Of a DNA stretch of 58,884 nucleotides, positions 38,345 to 47,256 are shown piece by piece. Made by a program: the position numbers and the translations under genes. The DNA is from Nocardioides sp. (GTDB taxonomy: Bacteria; Actinomycetota; Actinomycetes; Propionibacteriales; Nocardioidaceae): contig NZ_JBJEHY010000036.1 of assembly GCF_051876515.1 (NCBI RefSeq), positions 1-58,884 of the forward strand, given 5' to 3'. How positions within the stretch are numbered: the first letter of the stretch is position 1; every line of letters begins with the position of its first letter. The notes beneath the pieces are model-generated. The model was not told the DNA's origin. It ran no database searches and saw nothing but the letters and a program-made list of their open reading frames with translations.

Positions 38345-38633
38345 GGTGACTACCCCTCACGGGTCCGTGCGCGCACTCCTCGCCCGGCCCTGGTTCAGCA
38401 GACGGACCGGGTCGCCCGAGGACCGGAGTGCCGGCCCCCTCGAAGGCCGCACGGAGCCGGTGCCACCGACTCCCCTCGGCGCTTCATCTGGTCGTGAGCT
38501 CTCACGAACGGGCCTCCTGGTCACGGCCGGCTTCCCCACCTGCCGATGCCGCGAAAGTACGCCCGTGCGCGACCCGCCCGTGTGCGCCACGCCACAACGG
38601 CGCGTTAAATCGAGATGACGGTCCGGCGTCGCC

Positions 38634-39413
38634 TCAGGCGCCGAAGCGGCGCTCACGCTCGGCGTACGCACGGATGGCGCGCAGGAAGTCGACGCGGCGG
38701 AAGTCGGGCCACAGCGCCTCGCAGAAGTAGAACTCCGAGTGGGCCGACTGCCAGAGCAGGAACCCGCCCAAGCGCTGCTCGCCGGAGGTGCGGATCACCA
38801 GGTCCGGGTCGGGCTGCCCCTTGGTGTAGAGGTGCTCGGCGATGTGGTCGACGTCGAGGATCTCGGCGACCTCCTCGATCGTGCGGCCCTCGCTCGCGGC
38901 CTTGTGCAGCATCGCGCGCACCGCGTCGGTGATCTCGCGGCGGCCGCCGTACCCGATGGCGACGTTGACGATGATCCCGTCGACCTCGCGGGTGGCCTCC
39001 TCGGCCGCCTTGAGCTTCTCGGCCGTCTCGGGCGGGAGCAGGTCGAGCGCGCCGACCGGGTGGATCCGCCAGCGCCCGGTGCTGGCCAGCGACTCCACCG
39101 CCCCCTCGATGATCGCGAGCAGGCCGGTCAGCTGGTCGGCCGGACGCGAGGTGAGGTTGTCGTTGGAGAGCAGCCACAGGGTGACGACCTTGACGCCGAC
39201 CTCCTCGCACCACTCCAGCAGCGGGAAGATGTTGTCCGCCCCGGCCTGGTAGCCCTGGGCGGTGTCCATCCCGACCGCCCTGGCCCAGCGCCGGTTCCCG
39301 TCGAGCATCACCCCGATGTGCTGGGGGATGCGGTCGGCGGGCAGCCGCTTGACCACCCGGTGCTCGTACGCCGGGTAGAGCACACGCCGGACGGCGTCCT
39401 TGAATCTCGACAC
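38634..39413 (-). CDS. cis-isoprenyl diphosphate synthase (Rv1086-like)
   Basis: HIGVMLDGNRRWA, YGGRREI, DLVIRTSGEQRLGGFLLWQ. Confidence 0.93.
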   Translation of the reverse strand: MSRFKDAVRRVLYPAYEHRVVKRLPADRIPQHIGVMLDGNRRWARAVGMDTAQGYQAGADNIFPLLEWCEEVGVKVVTLWLLSNDNLTSRPADQLTGLLAIIEGAVESLASTGRWRIHPVGALDLLPPETAEKLKAAEEATREVDGIIVNVAIGYGGRREITDAVRAMLHKAASEGRTIEEVAEILDVDHIAEHLYTKGQPDPDLVIRTSGEQRLGGFLLWQSAHSEFYFCEALWPDFRRVDFLRAIRAYAERERRFGA

Positions 39414-39447
39414 GCCCTCGATCGTATCTGTGCCTAGAGTGGTGAGG

Positions 39448-39978
39448 GTGCTGCACGACCCCCTGCGCGGCGAGGACCGCACCACCAGCGACCTGAGGCT
39501 CGGCCCGCCCAGCGCGTTGTCCCACGCGGTGCGGGCCGCGGGAACGGCGGCCCTGGTACTCGTGCTGGTGCTGGCCGCGCTCAACCTCCTCGGGCCCCGT
39601 ACCGGGACCGTCCGCGCCTCGGCCCAGGGCTACTCGCTCACCGTCGCGTACCCCGCGATCACGCGCGCCGGCCAGCCGGCACCCCTGCAGCTGACGGTCG
39701 ACGGGTCGCTGGGGAGCACCGTCCGCCTGCGCCTGTGCCAGGAGTTCTTCCGCGACAGCGACTTCCAGTCGTGGTTCCCCACGCCGTCCGCCGAGACCAG
39801 CGACGAGGACTGGATCGAGTACGAGTTCGACGCGCCCTCCACCGGCGCCCTGGAGATCGCACTGGACTCGCGCACCGCCCCGGGGCAGTTCGGCCAGACC
39901 GAGGAGTGTGCCGTGAGCGTCATGGTCGACGACGAACCGACGGTGAGCGCCACGTTCCGGGTCTGGAGGTTGCCCTGA
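39448..39978 (+). CDS. Hypothetical membrane-anchored protein
   Basis: One TM segment plus beta-rich domain; TGATG coupling to the DUF421 gene; start uncertain. Confidence 0.65.
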   Translation: MLHDPLRGEDRTTSDLRLGPPSALSHAVRAAGTAALVLVLVLAALNLLGPRTGTVRASAQGYSLTVAYPAITRAGQPAPLQLTVDGSLGSTVRLRLCQEFFRDSDFQSWFPTPSAETSDEDWIEYEFDAPSTGALEIALDSRTAPGQFGQTEECAVSVMVDDEPTVSATFRVWRLP

Positions 39979-40463
39979 TGGACATCCTGGTGCGCTCGGC
40001 GATCATCTTCGTCTTTCTGTGGCTGGTGGTCCGGCTCGGCGGCAAGCGCGAGGTGGCCCAGCTGTCGGCCTTCGACATGATCCTGCTCATCACCGTCGGC
40101 GACCTGGTCAGCCAGGCCGTGCTGCAGGAGGACTACTCCCTCACCGCCGCGGTCATCTCAGTGGCGACCTTCTCGCTGGCGGGCCTGCTGCTCGGCGCCG
40201 TGGTCCGGCGGTTCCCACGTACCCGACCGGTGCTGGCCGGCACCCCGGCGGTGGTGGTGCGCGACGGCGAGCCGCTGCTGGACGTCCTGTCCGGGGAGCG
40301 GCTCACCCTGGCCGACCTGCACGAGGCCGCACGCGAGCAAGGCGTACGGCGCCTGCGCGACATCGAGCTGTGCGTCCTGGAGGTCGACGGGTCGTTCTCG
40401 TTCTTCTGCACCGAGGAGGACGACGGCCGCGACGGCGCCCCGGACGGGGGCGGGCTGCCGTGA
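39978..40463 (+). CDS. DUF421/YetF membrane protein
   Basis: GKREVAQLSAFD, VVRDG, AREQG, LEVDGSFS. Confidence 0.88.
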   Translation: MDILVRSAIIFVFLWLVVRLGGKREVAQLSAFDMILLITVGDLVSQAVLQEDYSLTAAVISVATFSLAGLLLGAVVRRFPRTRPVLAGTPAVVVRDGEPLLDVLSGERLTLADLHEAAREQGVRRLRDIELCVLEVDGSFSFFCTEEDDGRDGAPDGGGLP

Positions 40464-40516
40464 GGGATGCGTCGCTTTCGCGTGACGGGTTGGGAACCGG
40501 CAGGTAGGTTCGGCCC

Positions 40517-41242
40517 ATGAACGAGGTGCTGCGTTCCCGCATCGACGACCTGCACGAGCGGGTCGACGACGTCATCGCGGAGGTCAAGCCCAAGCTGCGC
40601 GGCTGGCTTCACGCCTGCACCGCACCGCTGACACTGGCGGCCGGCATCGTGCTGGTCGTCCTGTCGCCCGACGCCGCCACCCGTACGGGGTCCGCCGTCT
40701 TCGCGCTCTCGGCGGTGGTCCTGTTCACCGTCTCGGCGATCTACCACCGTGGCCGCTGGTCGCCCCGCGCCCAGCTGATGCTCAAGCGGTTCGACCACTC
40801 CAACATCTTCGTGCTGATCGCGGGCTCCTGCACCCCGTTCGCGCTGCTGCTCCTCGAGGGCTCCGACCGGTGGCTGATGCTCGGCATCAGCTGGGGTGGC
40901 GCACTGTCGGGCGTCCTGATGAAGGTCTTCTGGACCGGTGCGCCCCGGTGGCTCTCAGCGCCCATCTACATCGCCCTGGGCTGGGCCCCGGTCTTCTTCT
41001 TCGGCGGCTTCGTGCGGGGCGCCATGACCGACTACAGCACCGGGATCGGCGTGGCCGTGATCGTCCTGATCGTGGTGGGCGGCGCCCTCTACACGCTCGG
41101 CGGCATCGTGTACGGCACCAAGCGCCCCAACCCGTGGCCGCGCTGGTTCGGCTTCCACGAGGTGTTCCACAGCTTCACGGTGCTCGCCTTCATCACCCAC
41201 TACGTCGGGGTGTCGCTGGCGACGTACGCGGCCACCACCTGA
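40517..41242 (+). CDS. Hemolysin III/PAQR family protein
   Basis: KPKLRGWLH, SAIYH, DHSNIF, GFHEVFH. Confidence 0.92.
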   Translation: MNEVLRSRIDDLHERVDDVIAEVKPKLRGWLHACTAPLTLAAGIVLVVLSPDAATRTGSAVFALSAVVLFTVSAIYHRGRWSPRAQLMLKRFDHSNIFVLIAGSCTPFALLLLEGSDRWLMLGISWGGALSGVLMKVFWTGAPRWLSAPIYIALGWAPVFFFGGFVRGAMTDYSTGIGVAVIVLIVVGGALYTLGGIVYGTKRPNPWPRWFGFHEVFHSFTVLAFITHYVGVSLATYAATT

Positions 41243-41248
41243 CGTCGT

Positions 41249-41899
41249 TCAGGAGTCCGCGAGCTCGACGCTGAATCCGTTGACCAGCGTGACGAGGACC
41301 TGGTCGGTGAGCCAGCGCCCCTGCGGGGCGCCGTCGCTCAGCGTGGTGTCGCCGAGCGCACCGAGGGTCATCGCGTGGAACTGCAGCGAGATCACGAGCT
41401 GGGCGAGCTGGTCGGTCGGGACCGAGCCGCGGCGCCCCAACCGGGCGAGCACGTCGTCGATCACCTCGACCACCTGGGCCCGCATCTCGCGTGAGAAGAC
41501 GGCGAGGACCTCGCGGGCGCGCTCGTCGCGCAGGGCGAGCAGCGTGAACTCGCCGTGCAGCACCACCCACGGTGAGCCCGGCCCCGCGAGGGAGGCCAAG
41601 ACCTCCCCGACCGCCTCCACGCCGAACGCCCCGTCGGGGACCGCGGCAATCTGCTCCCGGACCTGGTCGAGCATCCCGTTCGCGTACCGGCGGAACACCT
41701 CGAAGAACACCTCGTCGACGCTGGTGAAGTTCGAGTAGAAGGCACCGCGGGTGAACCCGGCAGCGCCGACGAGGTCGTCCACGGTCACCCGCTTGAGCCC
41801 GGTGTCCACGAAGACCCCGACGGCCGCCTCGAGCAGGCGCTCGCGGGTGTTCTCGCGGCGACGGGTGCGGGCCGCTGCCGGCTGGGTGGGCTGAGTCAC
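41249..41899 (-). CDS. TetR-family regulator
   Basis: TRERLLEAA, AAGFTRGAFYSNF. Confidence 0.9.
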   Translation of the reverse strand: MTQPTQPAAARTRRRENTRERLLEAAVGVFVDTGLKRVTVDDLVGAAGFTRGAFYSNFTSVDEVFFEVFRRYANGMLDQVREQIAAVPDGAFGVEAVGEVLASLAGPGSPWVVLHGEFTLLALRDERAREVLAVFSREMRAQVVEVIDDVLARLGRRGSVPTDQLAQLVISLQFHAMTLGALGDTTLSDGAPQGRWLTDQVLVTLVNGFSVELADS

Positions 41900-41922
41900 T
41901 GCGTCCTCCAATACGTTGCTGC

Positions 41923-41946
41923 ATTCAATACGATACAGTATTGAAT
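41923..41946. promoter_or_regulatory. TetR operator palindrome
   Basis: ATTCAATAC-N6-GTATTGAAT in the 51-bp divergent gap. Confidence 0.75.
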
Positions 41947-41950
41947 CGTT

Positions 41951-43891
41951 ATGAGTGCCACACCCACCTCCCTCCGCCTCGCACTGCGCGAGCTGCGCCG
42001 TCACCTCTCCACCCGCATGGGCGCGATCACACTGCTCGCGCTCGTCACGGTCCCGACCATCTACGGCGGGCTGTACCTCTACGCGAACCACGACCCGTAC
42101 GGCGCGCTCGACCGCGTCCCGGCCGCCGTCGTGGTCGCCGACACCGGCGCCACCGCCGCGGACGGCAGCCGGCTCGAGGCCGGCAGCAAGGTCGCCGACC
42201 AGCTCCTCGAACGGGGCGACTTCGACTGGCACCGGGTCGACCCCGCCGAGGCGCGCGCAGGGGTGGCCGAGGGGACCTACGACTTCGCCCTGGTGATCCC
42301 CGAGGACTTCTCGGCCGCCCTGAGCAGCACCGCGGGCACCGACCCGCACCAGGCCCGGCTGCGCATGGTCACCAACGACGCCAACTCCTACCTGTCCACC
42401 ACGATCGCCAACACGGTCACCAGCCGGGTGCGCGAGGCCATCGCCTCCGAGGTCTCCCAGGAGGCCACCTCCCGCTTCCTGCTCGGCTTCGCCGACGTGC
42501 ACGACGGACTGACCACCGCGGCCGACGGGGCGGAGCAGCTCCGTGACGGCCTGCGGACCGCCCACCGCGGCGCCGGGCGGCTGGCCGACGGCGCCACCGA
42601 CGTCGCCACCGGGGCAGAGGAGCTGTCGGCCGGGGCCGGCGAGCTCTCCACCGGCCTGGGCACCCTGTCCGACGCCGTGGCGCCGCTGCCGGGGCAGGCC
42701 CGGCAGCTGGCCCGCGGGGCGGACCAGGTGGCCGACGGCAACGAGACCCTCGCAGCCACCGGCCGGGACGTGGCAGACGTCGTCCACCGCGTCGCCCGCG
42801 ACCACGCCGCCCGCCGCGCCGAGCTGGTGACGGCCATGGAGGAGGCCGGACTCGACGAGGCCTCCCAGCAAGACGTCCTGCGTGCCTTCGACCGCTGGGG
42901 CGACCAGGTCGACGCCGCCGACACCCGCGTCTCAGGAGTGTCGGGCCAGCTGGACCGTCTCGCCACGGGTGCACGCCGCGTCGCGGACGGCAACCGCGAC
43001 CTCGCAGACGCCACCCCCGCCCTGGTCAGCGGGATCGACTCGGCGCACGACGGGGCGCAGGCGGTCGCCCGCGGCGGCGATCGCCTCAGCACCGGGGCGG
43101 ACGAGCTCTCCGACGGGGCCGGCGACCTCGACGAGGGCCTCGGCGACCTCTCCGCCGGAGCCGGCCACCTCACCCGTGGCCTGCGCGGCGCCCTGGACGA
43201 GGTCCCGGCCACCGACAGCGCCCTGCGCGCCCAGATCGCTGAGACCGTCGCCGACCCGGTCGAGGTACGCAGCAGCTCGCAGGCCCAGGCCCGCTCGTAC
43301 GGCGACGGCCTGGCCCCGTTCTTCCTGGCCCTGGCCACCTGGATCGGGGCGTACGTCCTGTTCATCGTGCTCAAACCGCGTCTGGCCGGCCGCGACGCGG
43401 AGCGGGTGCACGGCTGGCGTGCCGCGCTGGGGGGCTGGCTCCCGGCCGCCCTGCTCGGCGCCGCCCAGGCGTCCGTGCTGGTGCTGGTGGTGGCCTTCGG
43501 GGTCGGGATCAGCTCGGTGGACCTGCTCGCCACCTGGGGGTTCCTGGTGCTGCTCTCCGTCGTGTTCGTCGCGGTCGTGCACGCGTTCACCCTCGTGCTG
43601 GGCCAGCCCGGCCAGTTCCTGGCGCTCGTGCTGATGGTGCTGCAGCTCGTCACGGCCGGCGGGACCTTCCCCTGGCAGACCATCCCCGAACCGCTTCACT
43701 GGCTCCACCACGTGCTGCCGATGTCGTACGCGGTCGACGGCCTGCGCCTGCTGATGTACGGCGCGCCCTCGACGAGGCTGGCCACCGACGTGGCGGTGCT
43801 GCTCGCCTGGGGAGGCGCCGCGCTGGCCGTCTCCCTCCTCGTCGGCACCCGGCAGGAGCGGCGGGCCCGCGCGGCGCTCGGGGACGCCTGA
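41951..43891 (+). CDS. YhgE/Pip family membrane protein
   Basis: PTIYGGLYLYANHDPYG, L..GA..L heptad repeats, YGDGLAPFF, LQLVTAGGTFP, LPMSYAVDGLR. Confidence 0.9.
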   Translation: MSATPTSLRLALRELRRHLSTRMGAITLLALVTVPTIYGGLYLYANHDPYGALDRVPAAVVVADTGATAADGSRLEAGSKVADQLLERGDFDWHRVDPAEARAGVAEGTYDFALVIPEDFSAALSSTAGTDPHQARLRMVTNDANSYLSTTIANTVTSRVREAIASEVSQEATSRFLLGFADVHDGLTTAADGAEQLRDGLRTAHRGAGRLADGATDVATGAEELSAGAGELSTGLGTLSDAVAPLPGQARQLARGADQVADGNETLAATGRDVADVVHRVARDHAARRAELVTAMEEAGLDEASQQDVLRAFDRWGDQVDAADTRVSGVSGQLDRLATGARRVADGNRDLADATPALVSGIDSAHDGAQAVARGGDRLSTGADELSDGAGDLDEGLGDLSAGAGHLTRGLRGALDEVPATDSALRAQIAETVADPVEVRSSSQAQARSYGDGLAPFFLALATWIGAYVLFIVLKPRLAGRDAERVHGWRAALGGWLPAALLGAAQASVLVLVVAFGVGISSVDLLATWGFLVLLSVVFVAVVHAFTLVLGQPGQFLALVLMVLQLVTAGGTFPWQTIPEPLHWLHHVLPMSYAVDGLRLLMYGAPSTRLATDVAVLLAWGGAALAVSLLVGTRQERRARAALGDA

Positions 43892-44035
43892 GCGCGGCCG
43901 CCTGAGCGCGAGCGACGACGATCCGAAAGGTGTGCTCGGACACGTCGGGAACTATCGTCGGCCCCGACGCGTTCACTTGTGCGCAGAATCCTGACCGGCC
44001 GGGCCGCCAGCGCGCCCGCCCCGACCGAAAGAGCC

Positions 44036-44113
44036 ATGGACCCTCAAAGTAGTTGCCCGCTCCCCGCTGACCGCGGCGCCCTGCGCCGCCCGATGTCGCA
44101 GGAGGAGCGGTGA
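44036..44113 (+). CDS. Putative 25-aa leader peptide coupled to the CNNM/CorC gene
   Basis: MDPQSSCPLPADRGALRRPMSQEER*; stop overlaps the next start as GTGA; in-frame upstream GTG at 43979. Confidence 0.4.
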   Translation: MDPQSSCPLPADRGALRRPMSQEER

Positions 44114-45504
44114 CCGACGTCCTGTCCCTCCTGCTGGGGCTGCTGGTGATCCTCGCGATCACCGCCCTGACCGGATACTTCGTGGCCCAGGAGTTCGCCT
44201 ACATGGCGGTGGACCGCTCGCGCCTCAACGCGGCGGCCGCCACCGGTGACCCCTCGGCCCGCAAGACCCTGCGCGTGACCTCGCGCACCTCGTTCATGCT
44301 GTCCGGGGCCCAGCTCGGCATCACCGTCACCGGCCTTCTCGTCGGGTACGTCGCCGAACCCCTCGTCGGTGAGTCGCTCGGCAGCCTGCTGGGCGGGGTG
44401 GGCGTACCCACCGCGGTCGGCGTCGGGGTCGGCACCGTCCTGGCCCTGACCATCTCGACCGGTGTGCAGATGGTCTTCGGCGAGCTGTTCCCCAAGAACC
44501 TCGCGATCGCCCGGCCCGAGCCCGTGGCGCGCTTCCTCGCGACCTCGACCCTGGCGTACCTGAAGGTCTTCGGCTGGCTGATCTGGATCTTCGACCAGTC
44601 CTCCAACGTGCTGCTCAAGCTGCTGCGGATCGAGCCCGTCCACGACGTCGAGCACTCCGCGACCGCCCGCGACCTCGAGCACATCGTGGCCGAGTCGCGC
44701 GCCGCCGGTGACCTGCCCGAGGAGCTGTCCATGCTCCTGGACCGGATGCTCGACTTCCCCGAGGAGGACGTCGAGCACGCGATGATCCCCCGCGTGCGCG
44801 TCGACACCGTCTCGGCCGACCTCACCGTCGGCGAGCTGCGCGCCGAGATGGCCGGCGGCCACTCCCGCTACCCGGTGCTCGACGACGACGAGCGCATCGT
44901 CGGCGTGGTGCACCTCATCGACGTCCTCGCCTTCACCGGGGACCCCGACGCCTCCACCGCGGCCGACCTGGCCCGCGAGGCGCTCGTGGTGCCCACGCTG
45001 ATGAGCCTGCCCGACGCCGCCCGCGACCTGTCCCGCACTCGCAACCAGCTGGCCTGCGTCCTGGACGAGCACGGCGGCTTCGCCGGTGTCCTCACCGTGG
45101 AGGACCTGGCCGAGGAGCTGGTCGGTGAGATCACCGACGAGCACGACGACCCGTCCACGCCCGACGTCGTGGAGTCCGCAGACGACGGCGTCTGGATCGC
45201 ACCGGGCCACACCCACATCGACGAGATCGAGCGCGCCCTGGGACACGAGCTGCCCCAGGGCGACTACGAGACGTTGTCGGGCCTCCTGATCGCGCAGCAC
45301 GGCCGCTTCCCCGAGGTCGGCACCGTCATCGACGTGCCGCTCCCCCTCGACCCGGCCGCGTACGCCGAGCACGAGGAGCCCGAGCCGCTGGTGGCCCGCA
45401 TGGAGGTGCTGGAGATCTCCGAGCACGTCCCCGGCAAGGTGCGGATCGAGCTGGACCTCGACGCCACGGACGACGAGAGCACCGAGGAGGGTGAGGACCG
45501 ATGA
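44110..45504 (+). CDS. CNNM/CBS/CorC (hemolysin family) transporter
   Basis: FVAQEFA, AQLGIT, GELFPK, HSRYPV, DEHGGFAG, EDLAEELVGEI, YETLSGL. Confidence 0.92.
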   Translation: MTDVLSLLLGLLVILAITALTGYFVAQEFAYMAVDRSRLNAAAATGDPSARKTLRVTSRTSFMLSGAQLGITVTGLLVGYVAEPLVGESLGSLLGGVGVPTAVGVGVGTVLALTISTGVQMVFGELFPKNLAIARPEPVARFLATSTLAYLKVFGWLIWIFDQSSNVLLKLLRIEPVHDVEHSATARDLEHIVAESRAAGDLPEELSMLLDRMLDFPEEDVEHAMIPRVRVDTVSADLTVGELRAEMAGGHSRYPVLDDDERIVGVVHLIDVLAFTGDPDASTAADLAREALVVPTLMSLPDAARDLSRTRNQLACVLDEHGGFAGVLTVEDLAEELVGEITDEHDDPSTPDVVESADDGVWIAPGHTHIDEIERALGHELPQGDYETLSGLLIAQHGRFPEVGTVIDVPLPLDPAAYAEHEEPEPLVARMEVLEISEHVPGKVRIELDLDATDDESTEEGEDR

Positions 45505-46532
45505 TGGAGAACCCCTGGGTGGTGGCGGCCTGCACCGCCACGATCATCGTGCTGAGCGCCTTCTTCGTCGCCGCCGAGTTCGCCCTGATCGCGGCGCGCC
45601 GGCACCGCATCGAGGACGCCGCCGCGACGAGCCGCTCGGCCCGCGCGGCCCTGCGCTCGGCCAACGAGCTGACCCTGCTCCTGGCCGGTTCCCAGCTCGG
45701 GATCACGGTCTGCACGCTGGCGCTCGGTGCGATCACCAAGCCGGCCGTGCACCACTGGCTGACCCCGCTCTTCGAGTCGTGGGGCATGCCGCTGTGGCCG
45801 GCGGACGTCGCCGGCTTCGTGCTGGCCCTGGTCATCGTGACCTTCCTGCACCTCGTGGTCGGCGAGATGGCCCCCAAGTCGTGGGCGATCGCCCACCCGG
45901 AGCGGTCGGCGATCATGCTGGCGCTGCCGATGCGGGCGTTCATGTGGTTGACCCGCCCTGTGCTGCGCTGGATGAACAACGCCGCCAACTGGTGCCTGCG
46001 CCGTGTCGGCGTCGAGGCGACCGACTCGCTGTCCAGCGGCCAGGACTCCGCCGCGCTGCGTCACCTCGTCGAGCACTCCGCCAACGTGGGTGCGCTCGAC
46101 GCCAGCATCTCGCGCCCGCTCACCGGGGCGCTGGACCTGCAGACCCTGACGCTGGGCGACATCGTCGTACGCCGCCCGCTTGTCACCGTGCCCAGCACGG
46201 CGACGGCGGCCGACGTCCAGGAGCTGTCGCGACGCTCGGGACACCTGCGGATCCTGGTGGACCGTTCCCCCGGCGGCAGCACGCCGGCGGTCGACCTGCT
46301 GGGCACGGTGCACGTGCGCGACACCCTCAGCCAGCCGGCCTCGGCTCCGGTGACCGACCTGGTGCGGCCGGTGCCGTCGATCACCGCGGAGACCACCGTG
46401 TACGACGCCCTGGCCCGGATGCGGCGCACCAGCAGCCACCTGGTGCTGGTCACCGAGGCCGAGGAGGTGGTCGGCGTGATCACGATGGCCGACCTGCTGC
46501 ACCAGCTCTTCCCGAGCACGGGCGTGGCCTGA
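45501..46532 (+). CDS. CNNM/CBS protein, short paralogue
   Basis: FFVAAEFA, SQLGIT, GEMAPK, CBS pair; ATGA overlap. Confidence 0.9.
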   Translation: MMENPWVVAACTATIIVLSAFFVAAEFALIAARRHRIEDAAATSRSARAALRSANELTLLLAGSQLGITVCTLALGAITKPAVHHWLTPLFESWGMPLWPADVAGFVLALVIVTFLHLVVGEMAPKSWAIAHPERSAIMLALPMRAFMWLTRPVLRWMNNAANWCLRRVGVEATDSLSSGQDSAALRHLVEHSANVGALDASISRPLTGALDLQTLTLGDIVVRRPLVTVPSTATAADVQELSRRSGHLRILVDRSPGGSTPAVDLLGTVHVRDTLSQPASAPVTDLVRPVPSITAETTVYDALARMRRTSSHLVLVTEAEEVVGVITMADLLHQLFPSTGVA

Positions 46533-46556
46533 GCCTCACCGACGAGCTCGCGCAAA

Positions 46557-46576
46557 CCATGACCACCCGGTCATGG
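46557..46576. promoter_or_regulatory. TetR operator palindrome
   Basis: CCATGACC-ACCC-GGTCATGG directly upstream of tetR. Confidence 0.65.
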
Positions 46577-46595
46577 CTTGTGCGAGCATGACGAG

Positions 46596-47237
46596 GTGGC
46601 CACGACCAGCACCTGGGACCGCCTCCCGCCGGAGCGTCGCGAGGCAGTCCTCGCCGCTGCGCAGCGGGAGTTCGGCCTCCACGGGTTCGCCGGCGCGAGC
46701 ATGAACACCATCGCCCGCGACGCCGGCGTGGCCAAGGGCAGCCTGTTCCAGTACTTCGACGACAAGCTGGGCCTGTACCTGCACCTGGGCGAGGTGGCGA
46801 CGCTGCGGGTCCGCGCCGCCATGGAGGCCCAGCTCGCGGACCTGCCGTGGGAGGAGGACTTCTACGGGGCCCTGCGCACGATCCTGGGCCGGTGGGAGGC
46901 GTACTTCCACACCCACCCCAGCGAGCTGTCCATGATGGCGGCGGTCAACCTGGAGCCCGACGCGGGCCCGCGCGGCCAGATCCGCACCACGGTGTACCCG
47001 CACTACCTCGCCATCATCGAGCCGCTCGTCGACCTCGGGCAGGCGGTCGGGGCCCTGCGCCCGGACATCGACCGCGAGGTCCTGGTCTCGTTGCTGCTGC
47101 TCCTGCTCCCCCACATCGCGCTCGCCCCGCACCGCGACGGGCTCGACCCGGTGCTCGGCCTCGGCAGCCCCGACGAGGCCGACCGGGACCGCGCCCTGGA
47201 CCGGCTGGTGGCCACCCTGCGCGCCGCCTTCGGCTGA
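46596..47237 (+). CDS. TetR-family regulator
   Basis: TWDRLPPERREAVL, IARDAGVAKGSLFQYFDDK. Confidence 0.9.
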   Translation: MATTSTWDRLPPERREAVLAAAQREFGLHGFAGASMNTIARDAGVAKGSLFQYFDDKLGLYLHLGEVATLRVRAAMEAQLADLPWEEDFYGALRTILGRWEAYFHTHPSELSMMAAVNLEPDAGPRGQIRTTVYPHYLAIIEPLVDLGQAVGALRPDIDREVLVSLLLLLLPHIALAPHRDGLDPVLGLGSPDEADRDRALDRLVATLRAAFG

Positions 47238-47256
47238 CGGACCGGGCTCGGGCAGG

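Noticed and set aside
41951-43891. YhgE/Pip as sign of a type VII secretion or phage locus
   Set aside because: No WXG100, FtsK or phage genes; the divergent TetR context fits an ordinary membrane/efflux unit.
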